A stretch of 64,000 nt of DNA from Podarcis erhardii (taxonomy: Eukaryota), in NCBI GenBank assembly GCA_964252035.1, contig OZ176207.1; one strand, written 5' to 3'. The notes below the pieces were generated by a model, which was not told the DNA's origin, searched no databases, and saw only the letters and a program-made list of their open reading frames with translations. The stretch's first letter is position 1, and every line of letters starts with the position of its first letter. This document shows, in pieces, positions 11,765 through 24,366 of this stretch. Made by a program: the position numbers and the translations under genes.

Positions 11765-14179
11765 CATATCAGTTCTATCCATCTCAGAAATTAGGATATT
11801 GTCTCCATTGGCAGTCAAAGGTGCATCAGTGTTGCTTGAAATATTTTCTGCGGTTTGAACATTGGGTGTTGGAAAGGTGAACTCCTGTACCCTGGACTCA
11901 GAAGATAAACATAGCTGATAGGAATATGGCAATGTTCCTTCTTCATAGTTTGGTGGGAAAATGACTGTGTTGTTTGAATGGGGAACAGGAGCAAAACACT
12001 GCAGGAATTTGGGGTTCCCTGATCGCCGAATCTTCATGAGAATGGCCAGAATCACTGTCAGGAGGAATAAGAAGGAGATCAAAGCTAAGGCCAGCACCAA
12101 GAAGAACTGCAGATCCGATTGATACTCGGAGTCACTGGGCTGGTGGCTAATTTCCGGAAGTGCCTCCTGGAAGTTCTCAGCAAACACCAGGTTGAGACTC
12201 ACGGTAGCAGATAGTGGTGGCTGCCCATTATCCTTGACTAAGATGACGAGCTTCTGCTTCACAGCATCTCTTTCCAGAAAAGCCCGTGAGGTCCTGATCT
12301 CCCCAGTATGGGAACCAATTGAGAACAGCCCAGGTTCTGTTGCCTGGAGCAGATAGTAGGAGAGCCAAGCGTTGTGTCCAGAGTCAGCATCCACAGCCAC
12401 CACCTTGGTCACCAGATAACCCTCCTCTGCTGAGCGAGGCACCATCTCAAACAAGGAGGAGCCCTCTACTCCTTGAGAAGGGTAAAGAATCTGAGGGCTT
12501 TGGTCATTCTGGTCCAGAATACACACTCTCATGGTGGCATTGCTGCTGAGGCGGGGGGAGCCTCCATCTTCGGCCCTCACCTCCACTTGAAACTCCCTGA
12601 CTTGCTCATAGTCAAAGGAGCGCTGAGCATAGATAGTGCCAGTCTCAGAATTAATGGAGAGGAAGGACGAGAGAGGCAGCCCCTCAGTGATGCTGTTGCG
12701 AATGGAGTAGGTGATTTGAGCATTCTGGTCCACATCTGGGTCGGAGGCTTTGACCCTGAAAATGGAGGAGCCTGAAGGGTTGTTCTCTGGGACATAGGCA
12801 GTATAATAGGGTTTCTCAAAGGCAGGGCAGTTGTCATTGATGTCTGAGATCTGCAGTGTGATGGTTTTGTATGTGGAAAGAGGGGGGTTGCCTTTGTCTG
12901 TGGCTGTGACTGTGATATTGTACTCTGGAGTTCTTTCTCTGTCCAAGGGGGCATCTGTGAGAAGCTTATAATAATTATTGGAGGCTGATACCATTTTGAA
13001 TGGCAAAGTGTTTTGTATGTCACAAACAATCTTCCCATTATCTCCAGAGTCTCTATCATTTACATTGATAAGGGCTACCAGGGTTCCTGCTTCAGAATCT
13101 TCAGGGATGGGGCTGGATAAAGAGGCAAGAATCACTTCTGGCGCATTGTCATTCTCATCTAGGAGTGTTATTTGAACTTTACAGTGAGCCACTAATCCTC
13201 CCCCATCTCTTGCTTCTACTGCCATTACATATCCTTCTGTTTCCTCAAAGTACAGAACCTCCTTAACTATAATTGTTCCATCTTGTGAACCCAAGTGGAA
13301 CTTCTGACGAGCACTTTCAGGGATGTTACTAAAACTATAGTTTATCTGGGCATTTGAACCTTCATCTCTATCTGTGGCTTTCACCTGGACCACTGAAGAC
13401 CCTTTGGGGGCATTTTCTTTCAGCTTGACTGTGTATACTTTTTGAGTGAAGACTGGTGGGTTGTCATTTGCATCAATGACGGTGATCCAAATTTTGGCTG
13501 TTCCAGTTTTGGCAGGCTTCCCTCCATCCAGCGCCATAAGGATTAATTGGAAACTGCTTTCACTTTCCCAATCTAACTGTTTATTCAATACTAATTCTGC
13601 ATATTTATTTCCGCCTTCTATTTCTCTCACTTCCAGAATAAAGTATGGATTTGTGCTAAGGTTGTAATCCTGGAGAGAATTCACCCCAAGATCAGGATCT
13701 TCAGCTTGTCCAAGGAGAAATGTGGTGCCTGGTAAGGAGGATTCACTTATCTCCAGCTTGATATCCCCATTTACAAAATATGGTGCATTATCATTAATGT
13801 CTTGAATCTCTACAGTTATATGAAAAATATTCATAGGACTCTCAACCACCACTTCAAAATTGATGGAGCAGAATGCAGTTTGACCACATAATTCCTCTCT
13901 ATCAATCCTCTCCCTTACATACAGATTTCCATTTTCTGCACTGAGAATAAAGTATTGCTTTTTACCTAGGGAAAGGATATGCAGATTGTAATTTACTATT
14001 TCTCTATTATTCAGGCTCAGGTCTTTAGCTAGGTTTCCCACAATGGATCCCTTTTCCATTTCTTCAGGGATGGAATAATGAATGTGCTCTGAGGCAATCT
14101 GACCACACAGAGAGAATAATAGGAGGAGAGGTACTTGCCTTCTTAGGGATCTGCTGCTATCTTTCTGTCTGCCGGCCAT
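11765..14179 (-). CDS. PCDHGB: V3: protocadherin gamma-B-like variable exon (subtype Y)
   Basis: ORF 11675-14179; [34 protein letters not shown]; donor ATG|GTGAGT at 11765/11764; 2415 nt, phase 0. Confidence 0.95.
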
Positions 14180-14437
14180 CCCTCTTGCAGAGAAATGTGC
14201 TTTATCCTTTCTTTCTGTGATTAGTTAAATTGAGGCGTATTAAATCCCATTCACTCTGTAGAAGTGTTCAATAAAGAATTATGAACGAAGTCAGTAGCTG
14301 CTGCTGGTTTTCTATACTTTGCAGTGGTTTTGTTCCTGTGTTCTGCTGTTTCCCGGCTCTGTAGTTTGTTCATGAGCAATCAAATTGCAAAAGCATCTGG
14401 TAGTGGATTCTCCACTCCTCCATGAGAACTATATTGG

Positions 14438-14475
14438 CCAACAGTGACACACTGAGTCTTAGATGGGGAACTGCA
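14438..14475 (-). promoter_or_regulatory. CSE/CTCF site of V3 (CACT variant)
   Basis: Minus strand TGCAGTTCCCC...ACTCAGTGTGTCACTGTTGG. Confidence 0.82.
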
Positions 14476-16152
14476 AGATGTGTCTTTTCTTTTACGTAAA
14501 TAACATATAAGGGATTTCTTGCCATTTTTAATCTTACGTACAATGATTCTCAGGTAGAGAATCTTTTGTGGTATGGTAAAAAAAAAAAGAGCTTGGTCTC
14601 TGTTTTTTGAAATTAGGATAAGCAACAACTCAACTTAATTAGACAAAACTGACCTACAGAAAACAAACAAATTATATATTTTAGAAATTATCCCTTTCCC
14701 AAGTAATTTATGTCATTTTCCCTACCTTATTACCGCTGAGTACTTAGGAATGATAGCTTCAAAATACCAGAGAAAATTGATTATTTTGTAATAAACATAC
14801 AAGGGTGCTGAAAATTATTCCAGTCATTTAATTTGCCCCTACGGTGCTTTCACACTTTCGTAGCAGCATATTTGGCATTGCTCATGGGGGTGCGCTTCAG
14901 AAAACTGAACTGACTGATTAGTGTTCTTGTCTGATAGTACAGTTGTGCAATCGTATTTTTCTGACGGTTAGAAACTGTTCATCCATATAGGTACGTGTCA
15001 ACATATTTAATCACAGGAAGTGGTTCTCAGACCTAATGAATTCTGAGTTTAAAAGTTATTTTCCCAAAATGTGCAATAAGGCCTTTGGAATCTTTGTGTC
15101 ACACAAAATTTTCCCTCTAAGGTACCACAGTTCTACTTTCTATTGCACCAACTGTCTTGCGGGCAATCATCTCCGAACCTACTTACCAGTTGATGCACTT
15201 AATCAGTTATGTATGTAGCTGTGTTAATTGACAGTGATGTGAGTGATTTGGGATACCTGGAGAAATTCCTAATGTTTGGCAAGTTCTTTTTCTCCTCTTA
15301 AGGCATTACTTGACTTATGCAACTCAGTCATATAATGAGAACAGCACTAAAAGTACAATGCCTACTCAAGATCATGCTACAGTTTTTCTTGGGAACTTGA
15401 GTCCTCTCTCCCCACCCCTCAGGCTTTCCGTAGGCTTCCCTCCCTTCCCAGATCACATCCCTCAACCCCTCACTGGCCTTCTTCCATGCCCTCCTCAAGA
15501 GTTTTTGCTGGCTGCAATGTGTCCTTGAACTAAGATATTGCTGCTTGCCTGGCTGGAGGAGTCAAAGATCTATAGAAGTGGAGATATTAAAACCTCTGAA
15601 TTTTGCATGGTTGAAATGTGGTCTATTGTACAAAGGTAAGAGTCACATCAATAAAATATCATGGTTGGAATGCTAAACAGTGGAATGCTAGATTACGTTG
15701 TGGAATACTAAAGCAGCACTTGACAAGGCATCATCTAGCACTACTATGGCTACCTAAATGTCTCGTAAAATCACTTACTATACTTTTCCCATGATGTAGA
15801 GAGAAGGAGAATGTAGTCTAGAAGACTTGTCTCCAATGTAAACACGTTATTATGAGTAGGAGAGGAAAGCATGCATTGTGAAATGGTACACTCAGAGGAG
15901 GACTAGAAGATCCGTGTTTATTTTCTGAACTTCCAGATCAGTATTGTATTCTTTTGATGAAATTCTGAACAATATGGTGACATAGCTCAAGTGTGTGTGT
16001 CTTCCTCAGAAGTAGAACCTTTACAGTGCATGCGCATATTGCTTCGTTCAGTGAATGGGACCTTCATTTAAAAGCTTTCTCAGGATAGAGAGCTGAGCAA
16101 TATAATGCAGCTCCTTCTACACTGGAAGAAAAATTAAACACAAAAGTAACTA

Positions 16153-16509
16153 CAGTGGTGCCTCGCAAGACGAAATTAATCCATTCCGTGAGGCTCTTCG
16201 TATAGCGGTTTTTTCGTCTTGCGAAGCAAGCCCATTGACAGCTTAGCGGATTAGTGGTATTAGCGGTTTAGCGGCTTTTAGCAATCAGCTGTTAAGCGGC
16301 TTATCAGCAGATCAGCTGATAAGCGGCTTAGTGGCTTAGGAAAAGGGGGGGAAATAGGGAAAAAAACTCGCAGGAACTCGCAAGACATTTTCATCTTGCG
16401 AAGCAAGCCCATAGGGAAATTCGTTTTGCGAAGCGCCTCCAAAACGGAAAACCCTTTCGTCTAGCGGGTTTTCCGTCTTGCGAGGCGTTCGTCTTGCGGG
16501 GCACCACTG
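16153..16509. mobile_element. Tc1/mariner (Tigger-like) MITE
   Basis: TIRs CAGTGGTGCCTCGCAAGACGAA / TTCGTCTTGCGGGGCACCACTG flanked by TA on both sides; internal TTAGCGG-like repeats. Confidence 0.9.
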
Positions 16510-16814
16510 TATTTTGGAACAGCTCTTAGTCTTCACCAAAATCACAGGTGTTTGGGACGATATATGTGTATGCTTGTGTGTGCAGGTGCACACATAAGTC
16601 CCATCCTCAACATTTCTGTGTGTGCACATTCATTTCAGACCTCCTGCATTTGGCACACCTCCTTGGCTGAATTCAGCCCCAAACTCTTAGCCTCAGTAAC
16701 TTGACATCTACACAAAACATAGCTATGACATAAAATACAGACAAATCCACAGTCTCTTCATTTGCTAACAGAACTTCTGTAGATAGAATAAATTAGAAGC
16801 ACATGGTTAGCATA

Positions 16815-17760
16815 AAAATATAAGAAGAGCATGTTGAATCAGGCGAGTGTCCTATTTAGTTCAGAATATTATTTTCCTTGCGGCCAGCTGGTTGCCTACA
16901 GGAAGCCCAAAAGTGGGACCTGAGTGCAACAGCACTCTCCTCACTTCTGATTCCCAACAACTGGTATTCAGAGACATACTATCTCTAACTATGGAGATAG
17001 AACCTAGACACCATTGCTAGCAGGCCATGAAACAATGTTGTCCATGAATGTGTCCATTTCCCTTTTAAAACCATCCATGTTAGTGGACATCACTACCTCT
17101 CATGGGAACAAACTCCGCAGTTTAACTCAGTGCTGTGTGAAGAAGTATTTTCTGCTGTCTGTCCTGAATCTTCCAACATTCAGCTTCATTGGATGTGTCT
17201 TAGTTTTAGTGTTATGTGGGGAAGGGGCACTTATCCATCCACACTTTCCATACAACACATAATTATATACACCTATACCATGTCTTCACTTAATTGCCTT
17301 TTCTGTAAGCTGTATCAAGTAAATTAAAAGGGTGAATGGCTCCATCCCCTTGCCAATTTTGGTTCATATTTTCCAGCTCCACCTTACCGGTTTTTAGGTA
17401 AGTTGACCAGAACTATACACAGTATACCAAATTTATTTTCTTTTTTTCACAGCTGCCTCACGCTATGTCAACATCTTCATCAAACTGTTTGCTACGACCC
17501 CAAGGTCACATTCCTGTTTAATCCCCATAAGCATATATGTGAAACAACAGTTCTTTTAGCCCACTTTACACTTGTTCGCATTAAATTGCATTTGCCATTT
17601 TACTGTCCATTCACTCAGTGTGGTTTGGAGAGATCCTTTGCGAGCTCTTTGCAACCCCTTCTTGTTTTAACCACTCTGAACTATTTGGGATTAGCAAACT
17701 TGGCTACATCATGGCTCACTCCTAATTTTAGATCATTTATGAACACGTTTAAAAGATCAA
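16815..17760 (-). mobile_element. CR1-type LINE 3' part (degenerate RT C-terminus and 3' UTR)
   Basis: Minus strand around 17690-17710 reads VAKFA (decayed KFADD motif). The left end resembles the squamate CR1 terminus (ATAAGAAGAGC...GGATCAGGC...TCTAGTCCAG type). Many stops; boundaries approximate. Confidence 0.7.
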
Positions 17761-17945
17761 TACTCATTCTTGGAGGATTATACCTTCTACATCTCACTGT
17801 AAGGAGAATCGTCACTTTATTCCTACTCTCCATTTACCAATCTCATCTTATTCCATAACTGCTAAAATAGAATAAAAAATTCTGCAGAAATGTGGGGAAG
17901 GGTATCAAAGGTGCAATACAAATAATTCCTAAACATAAAGCTTAC

Positions 17946-20366
17946 CTCTTCATCCTTAGCCTTTTCAGAATGAAAATTGTTTCCTTCATTGCCTGTAAAA
18001 GGCACAGCAGGTTTTTCACCGCCAATAATATTGTCTACCATCTGAACACTGGGTGTCAGGAAGGCAAACTCATTCTTCCTGGACTCAGAAGACAGACACA
18101 GCTGGTAGGAATAGGGCAAAGTCCCATCTTCAAAGTTGGGTGGGAAGATGGCACCATTCTTGGAATGGGGAACAGGACCAAAGCACTGTAGGAACCTGGG
18201 ATGCCCTGATTGACGGAGCTTCATTGTAACGGCCAGAATCACGGTCAAGAGGAACAAGAAGGAGATCACAGCTAAGGCCAGCACCAAGTAGAACTGCAGG
18301 TCAGACTGATACTCCAAGCTGCTGGGTTGGCTCTTCATTTCCGGAAGGGCCTCCTGAAAGTTCTCAGCAAACACCAGGTTCAGAGTAATGGTGGCCGAGA
18401 GAGACGGCTGCCCGTTATCCTTCACCATAATGACCAGTCTCTGTTTCACAGCGTCTCTCTCCACAAAGGCCCTGGCGGTCCTGATCTCTCCAGTATGAGA
18501 ACCAACCGTGAAGAGTGCCGGCTCAGTGGCCTGAGTCAGATGGTAGGAGAGCCAGGCGTTGTGTCCAGAATCTGCATCCACGGCCACCACCTTGGTGACA
18601 AGGTAATCTGCCTCGGCCGAACGAGGCACCATCTCAAACAAGGCTGAGCCCTTGGCTTCTTGTGAGGGGGACAGGATACGAGGGCTGTTATCATTCCTGT
18701 CAAGAACAAACACCCTGACGCTCACATTGCTGCTGAGAGGGGGAGAACCCCCATCTTGGGCCTTCACTTGCAGCCGGAACTCTCTGAATTGTTCATAGTC
18801 AAAGGATCTCTGGGCATAGATGGTGCCGGTCTCAGAATTAATGGAGATATAGGAGGAGATGGGAAGCTCCTCGATGTTTCTTTTGAGGATGGAGTATGTG
18901 ATCCGTGAGTTCTGGTCCATGTCGGGATCAGAGGCTTTGATGGTGAAAATGGAGGCACCTGAAGGATTGTTTTCTGGCACATAGAGGTTGTAGGATGATT
19001 TCTGAAAAGTAGGGGCATTGTCATTGATATCCGAGATCTGTAGTGAGATTGTTTTGTGTGTGGAAAGAGGCCGAGTTCCTCTATCAGTGGCTGTGATTGT
19101 AATATTATATGAAGGAGCTATTTCTCTGTCCAAAGGACTGTCTGTCTGGAGTTTGAAGTAATTATTAGATGAGGGAAGAATATTGAAGGGTAAACCATCT
19201 TGTAAGTAGCAAGTAACCTTTCCATTATCACCACTATCTTTGTCATTCACATTGATCAGAGCAATGACAGTTCCCGGCAGAGAATCCTCAGGAACAGGGC
19301 TGAACATGGAGGCTAAAGTCACCTCTGGGGCATTATCATTCCCATCAAGCACAGTTATTTCAATGTTGCAGTGTGTCACCAATCCACCTCCATCCTTTGC
19401 TGCTGCTGTCATAGTATATCTTCTTGTTTCCTCAAAATCCAACATCTGCAGAAGGGAGATTATGCCATCAACTGGATCCAGACCAAATTTCTTTTGTCCA
19501 TTCACTGGAATGTTGCTGAATTCATATCTGATCTGGGCGTTTAAACCATCATCTTTGTCAGAGGCTACAACTTGGAGCACAAAGGACCCAACAGGAGCTT
19601 CTTCATGCACACTGACCTTGTACACTTCTTGAGTGAAAACTGGTGGGTTGTCATTGGCATCTGTGACATTAATCCATATCTGGGCAGTCCCCGTTTTTCT
19701 GGGTTCCCCCCCATCCAAGGCTGTAAGGATCAAGTGAAGAGAGTGCTCACTTTCCCGATCCAAAGATTTCTGCAACACCAGTTCTGCATTTTTACTTCCA
19801 TCTTCCATTTCTCTAACTTCCAAAGTGAAGTACCGATTGGTGCTCAACTGGTAATTCTGGAGGGAATTCATCCCAATGTCGGGATCTTCAGCTTTCCCAA
19901 GGAGAAATCGTGCGCCTGGTACAGTAAGTTCACTTGTCTCCAAGTTGATGTTGTCATTGGGAAACAGTGGTGCATTATCATTAATGTCCTGAATTGCTAT
20001 AGTTAAATGGAAGATATTGAGGGGATTTTCAACTACCACTTCAAAATTTACTACGCAAATGGGAGTTATGTCACATAGCTGCTCCCTATCTATTCTGTCA
20101 CTTACATAGAGGTTTCCATTCTCTGCATTAATACTGAAATACTGCATTTTGTTCACAAACACCGCATGCAGATTGCGCTTTGCAAGATCCCTTGTATTCA
20201 GTCCGAAATCCTTGGCCAGATTCCCCACAATCGAACCCTTTGCCATCTCCTCAGGGATAGAATAACGAATTGGCTCTGAGGCAGCCCAGCAGGAAGGCGA
20301 CAAAAGTAAGAGAAGCAGTACTTGCCTTCTGAGCGCTCTGCCATTGTCTTTGTGCCTTCTGTCCAT
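17946..20366 (-). CDS. PCDHGB: V4: protocadherin gamma-B-like variable exon (subtype X)
   Basis: ORF 17862-20366; donor GAG|GTAAGC at 17946/17945; 2421 nt. Confidence 0.95.
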
Positions 20367-20628
20367 CTGGCTTTACAACAAATTAGCTGCTTCCTTTTGC
20401 AGATCAGATCAAAGCCCCATCAAGGTGCAGGATCACCATAAGGAAAAATAAGCTGCCTTTCTTCTTAATGTTTATAGAAAGTAGTTGAACTTTCTTTTCC
20501 TTTCTAGCAGGATTGCTCTGTCTTTGTGCTGTGCTGCTTGTCCAACTTGCACAGCAATGATTAAACAGTTGCTCCTTAGGAAACACATGCGTGGATCTTT
20601 TCTCTTATCAGTCTGGCTGCCACACTGG

Positions 20629-20666
20629 CCAACAGTGACACCCTGAGGCTCAAATGGAGAACTACA
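20629..20666 (-). promoter_or_regulatory. CSE/CTCF site of V4 (CACT variant)
   Basis: Minus strand TGTAGTTCTCC...CCTCAGGGTGTCACTGTTGG. Confidence 0.8.
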
Positions 20667-21499
20667 AGGGATTTTTTTCTAATTTACTGTAGTTGAAAAT
20701 AGAACAGCAGTTTGGGTATTATATTTTGGAATGTGAAGGAGAAACATCCCAATGCTAAGAGCTGTTCAGCAATGGAGCTCCTTTGCTGCAGTTATTCAAG
20801 CAGAGCCAGGACAGTCATATATTGGGGATTCTCTCTTTCCTGCAGGGCTTAGCACTGGGGTGGGAATCTCCTCTGATATGATTCTGTGTTTCTCCAAGTG
20901 CAACTTTCCTTTTATACAAGGATCTGCTTCCACAATTTATGAGCCAGTATTTCTTTTTTCCTTTCTCTTTTTGAATTACCTCTTCAGTGGCTTTTACTTT
21001 AAGGGGTTTTACTACAGTGATTGTTGCACTGTTTTGTCTGGAAATAATTTGTACTAAAAGAGAAACTTAACTAAGCTTCATAGAATGGAAACTAGAACTA
21101 CGGCACTGATATCCCAGCGTTGATATCCCATTGATCTTATTTTGCATTTCCCTAATAGAAACATGGGCAATTGTTGCTGATATCTGTGATTTCTGCTTTG
21201 ATGCCAAAGATATAATCTCAAAATGTAACAGATAAGTTTACCCAACCACAGATCTCTTGCTTTTTTCAGTTTTATTAGAAGGGATATTTCCCCCAAATAA
21301 ATCAGAATAAACCTATGAGCTGACAATGATCTCAGCTGTCCTATAGAACACAAACATAAACCAAAGTGTGTCAAACGAAAACAAAACAAACACAGATAGG
21401 GTTTTTTAGTGTTTGATTAGAAACCAGAGCTTTTGCTCTCCTATTCTTGTTAGTTTCTTCCTTCCTCCTAAAAAACAACAACATTGGCTTTGAGAAAGA

Positions 21500-22110
21500 A
21501 AAGGTGTTACCAGGTGACAGGAGGATTCCTTGACTGTAGAATTCTGGTCACCTGGGCCTCTAGTGACAAATATTGATATAGTAGCACCCCCAGACTATGT
21601 ATCTGCCATTTTAGGAGGACCCCATACAAAGCAAACAACTGACCAGTTATCCAGCCTCAGGGACACCCACTCAAAGCTCCTCGGTCTTGCCAGGATTCAG
21701 AGTTTTGTTGGCCATCATTCAGCTGAACACTAAGCCTAGGCACTAGTCCAGGGCTTGCACAACCGCTTCTGATTCAGAAGTTACAGAGAAGTAGAGCTCA
21801 GCATCATCAGCATGCTGATGACACATTGCCCCAAATTTCTCAATGACTGTCTCCAGAGGCTTCATATATAGATGTCAAACAGCACTGAAGACAAAATGGT
21901 ACCCTGTGGCACCCATCAGCACAACTGCCAGCGGGCTCAAAGACAATCACCCAAGGCTGTTTTCAGAAACCAACTCTGGAAATAGAATCAGAACCTTTGT
22001 TAAACAGTGTCTCCAGTACCCATCCCATTAAGTCAATTCAGAAAGATAGAAAGGTAATTGTGTCAAAAGCCACTGAGAAACCAGGTAAGGTTAAAAGGAT
22101 TATACTTCCC
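21500..22110 (-). mobile_element. L2/CR1-clade LINE reverse transcriptase fragment
   Basis: Minus-strand motifs in correct order: (D)FSVAFDT near 22060-22080, GVPQGTILS near 21890-21920, CHQHADDAELY near 21790-21825. Confidence 0.8.
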
Positions 22111-22929
22111 CTGTACTTCCCCTAGTAAAGATCACCCATCAGAGTGACAAAGGTCAATTCAGACCCATAACCAAGGCCTGAAAGCAGATTGAAATGGGTC
22201 AAGATAATCTGTTTTGTTCAAGAGTACTTGTATCATCACTTCTGACATTGTGGTTCCTTGTGATATTTAAGTCAACTAGCAGTTACAACGTTATCCCAAA
22301 GCAAATCTTTGAAAGACAGGTATGTATCCCTCAGTCAGCATTCCTTCTCCCCTTTCCCTACTCCATCCCAACACCAGAGCACATTAGTCCCCCCCCACAC
22401 CTATATTTTATGGATAAGAACAAATCAGTGTGCCTTCTTGACATATCATTTCCAGGATTTAATGATCCCCCGTGGCATTATTTCATGGGCAATATTAGAT
22501 TCACTTACTGCGTGTTACAAAGGTTTCCCCTTCTTAAATACTAGATACCATGGGTGGTATCCAGTGCTCTAGACCCAAGTAGAGCTAAATAGTATCTACA
22601 TTATACAATTCCACATATTATACAAAATCTATATGCTACACCATGTTAAACAGAAAATTATGTAGATCCTATGGGAAGCAAATTTGCTATAAAGGACATA
22701 TCAAGAATTGCACCTATTGCACAACTATTTCGGAAGAAATAATACTGAACTAATCCCTGGATTTGTACCCCAAAATGAGCAAATAGTGGGGATAATTATT
22801 GATTCATCAAAGATAGATCTATCAGTCCCAACTTTCTTTGGTTTTCGTCTTTATCTGTTTGTCTTTATCTGTGATTGAGTGCCCTGTACTTCAAAAAGCA
22901 TGTCACATTTATACCAGCTGTAGAAATTA

Positions 22930-23187
22930 CAGTGGGACCTCGGCTTACATACGCTTCAGGTTACATACGCTTCAGGTTACATACGCTTCAGGTTACAGAC
23001 TCCGCTAACCCAGAAATAGTACCTTGGGTTAAGAACCTTGCTTCAAGATGAGAACAGAAATCGTGCAGCAGTGGCACAGCGGCAGCAGGATGCCCTATTA
23101 GCTAAAGTGGTGCTTCAGGTTAAGAACAGTTTCAGGTTAGGAACAGACCTCCGGAACGAATTATGTTCTTAACCTGAGGTACCACTG
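22930..23187. mobile_element. Tc1/mariner (Tigger-like) MITE
   Basis: TA-CAGTGGGACCTCGG...CTGAGGTACCACTG-TA; contains 3 x 16-bp TTACATACGCTTCAGG tandem repeat at 22945-22992. Confidence 0.88.
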
Positions 23188-23534
23188 TATAAGGCACATG
23201 AAGACATTAGTTGGAAAAGGGAATAATTACACTTATTTGACTGACTAGATTTTAATTTATAGTCCAATGCTTTAGATTATTAATCTTGTATGATTAATTT
23301 TGTTGTACTGATATATCTTATGTTTAAGATTATTTAAATTTCCTTATTGTTTTGTATCATTTCCTATGTCAACTTGGGGTATGTGGATTTTATATGGAAG
23401 TGCTAATTCACTTTGCCTTTCATTTCATTACTCTCAATACATTGCTATGGTCTGTGACTATCACAATGCATTCATTCATGACAGGCCGAGGCTTGAGCTT
23501 TGGGCTAGTGATGTTCCAGTTCAAAAAGCAGAAA

Positions 23535-23695
23535 GGTCATAGCTCAGTGGTAGAGAGTCTGCTTTTCCTTCAGAGGGTTCAAAGTTCAATCCTCAGAATC
23601 TTGAGGTAGGAAAGCAAAGGTCTTCTGTCTGAAGACCTGGAGAGCTGTTGCTAGTTAGTGTGGACAGTACTGAGCTTGATGGACCAAGTGTGTCC
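23535..23695 (+). mobile_element. tRNA-derived squamate SINE (Squam3-like), decayed
   Basis: GGTCATAGCTCAGTGGTAGAG...GTTCAATCC head, then CCTGGAGAGCTGTTGCTAGTTAGTGTGGACAGTACTGAGCTTGATGGACC body; family name from recall. Confidence 0.65.
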
Positions 23696-24366
23696 GTAGT
23701 CTTGAGGGAACCTCCAGTTTTACAGAAGTACAAAAAAACAAGAAAAGGTGAAACCCAAACTGACCAAAGACAGCAGAGCATGCTCAGTAGAAACACAATG
23801 CTCAATGCCTGTTGCAGGAGAAAAGTATAAAACAGGGGAGGAGGAGGAATAGGATATTATGGAAAAAGCTGGCTGAAACCAGACCCCACTTGTTAATCTG
23901 TAACATTCAAAGCACAAAAAATATTCAGTAAAGACCTCCAAAATTTCAGCTAAAGTTCTGAAGCAAGTTTGCAAACTTACAAATTGCATACACCTCGTCC
24001 CTTACATATGCCAAGAGACCCCACCATTTGCAGCATTGTGTTGGTTCTATAGGGACATTCAGCTGAATTCATGAAGATCAAGATTAGGGAAAAAGGATAA
24101 AGTGAATACAAATATCCAAATGGGAATCAGAGGGAATGAAATAATTAATTAAACTATATTACCTGTATATACAAAGATGAAAGAGTAAACTGATTACTAT
24201 AACATACTTTCAAATATTAAATCTCAGTAAGAAAAAAAAGGCACCAATTGTGTAGTAGCAGATACTGCTGAAAAGAAAACTCTCCGAGATGAGTGAGCTT
24301 AAAATATATTGATATGCAGGGAATGCAGAATCTGTTCACTATGTTCTGTTGAAAAAAACAACTCAC

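Noticed and set aside
22945-22992. Short direct-repeat arrays (also 27702-27787 and 49536-49676), superficially CRISPR-like
   Set aside because: Eukaryotic context, no unique spacers; these are MITE-internal or local slippage duplications.
24217-24366. C-terminal extensions of the large ORFs (up to about 49 aa) after the donor
   Set aside because: Intron read-through: length and sequence are unconserved and a phase-0 GT donor sits at the homologous position in each complete exon.
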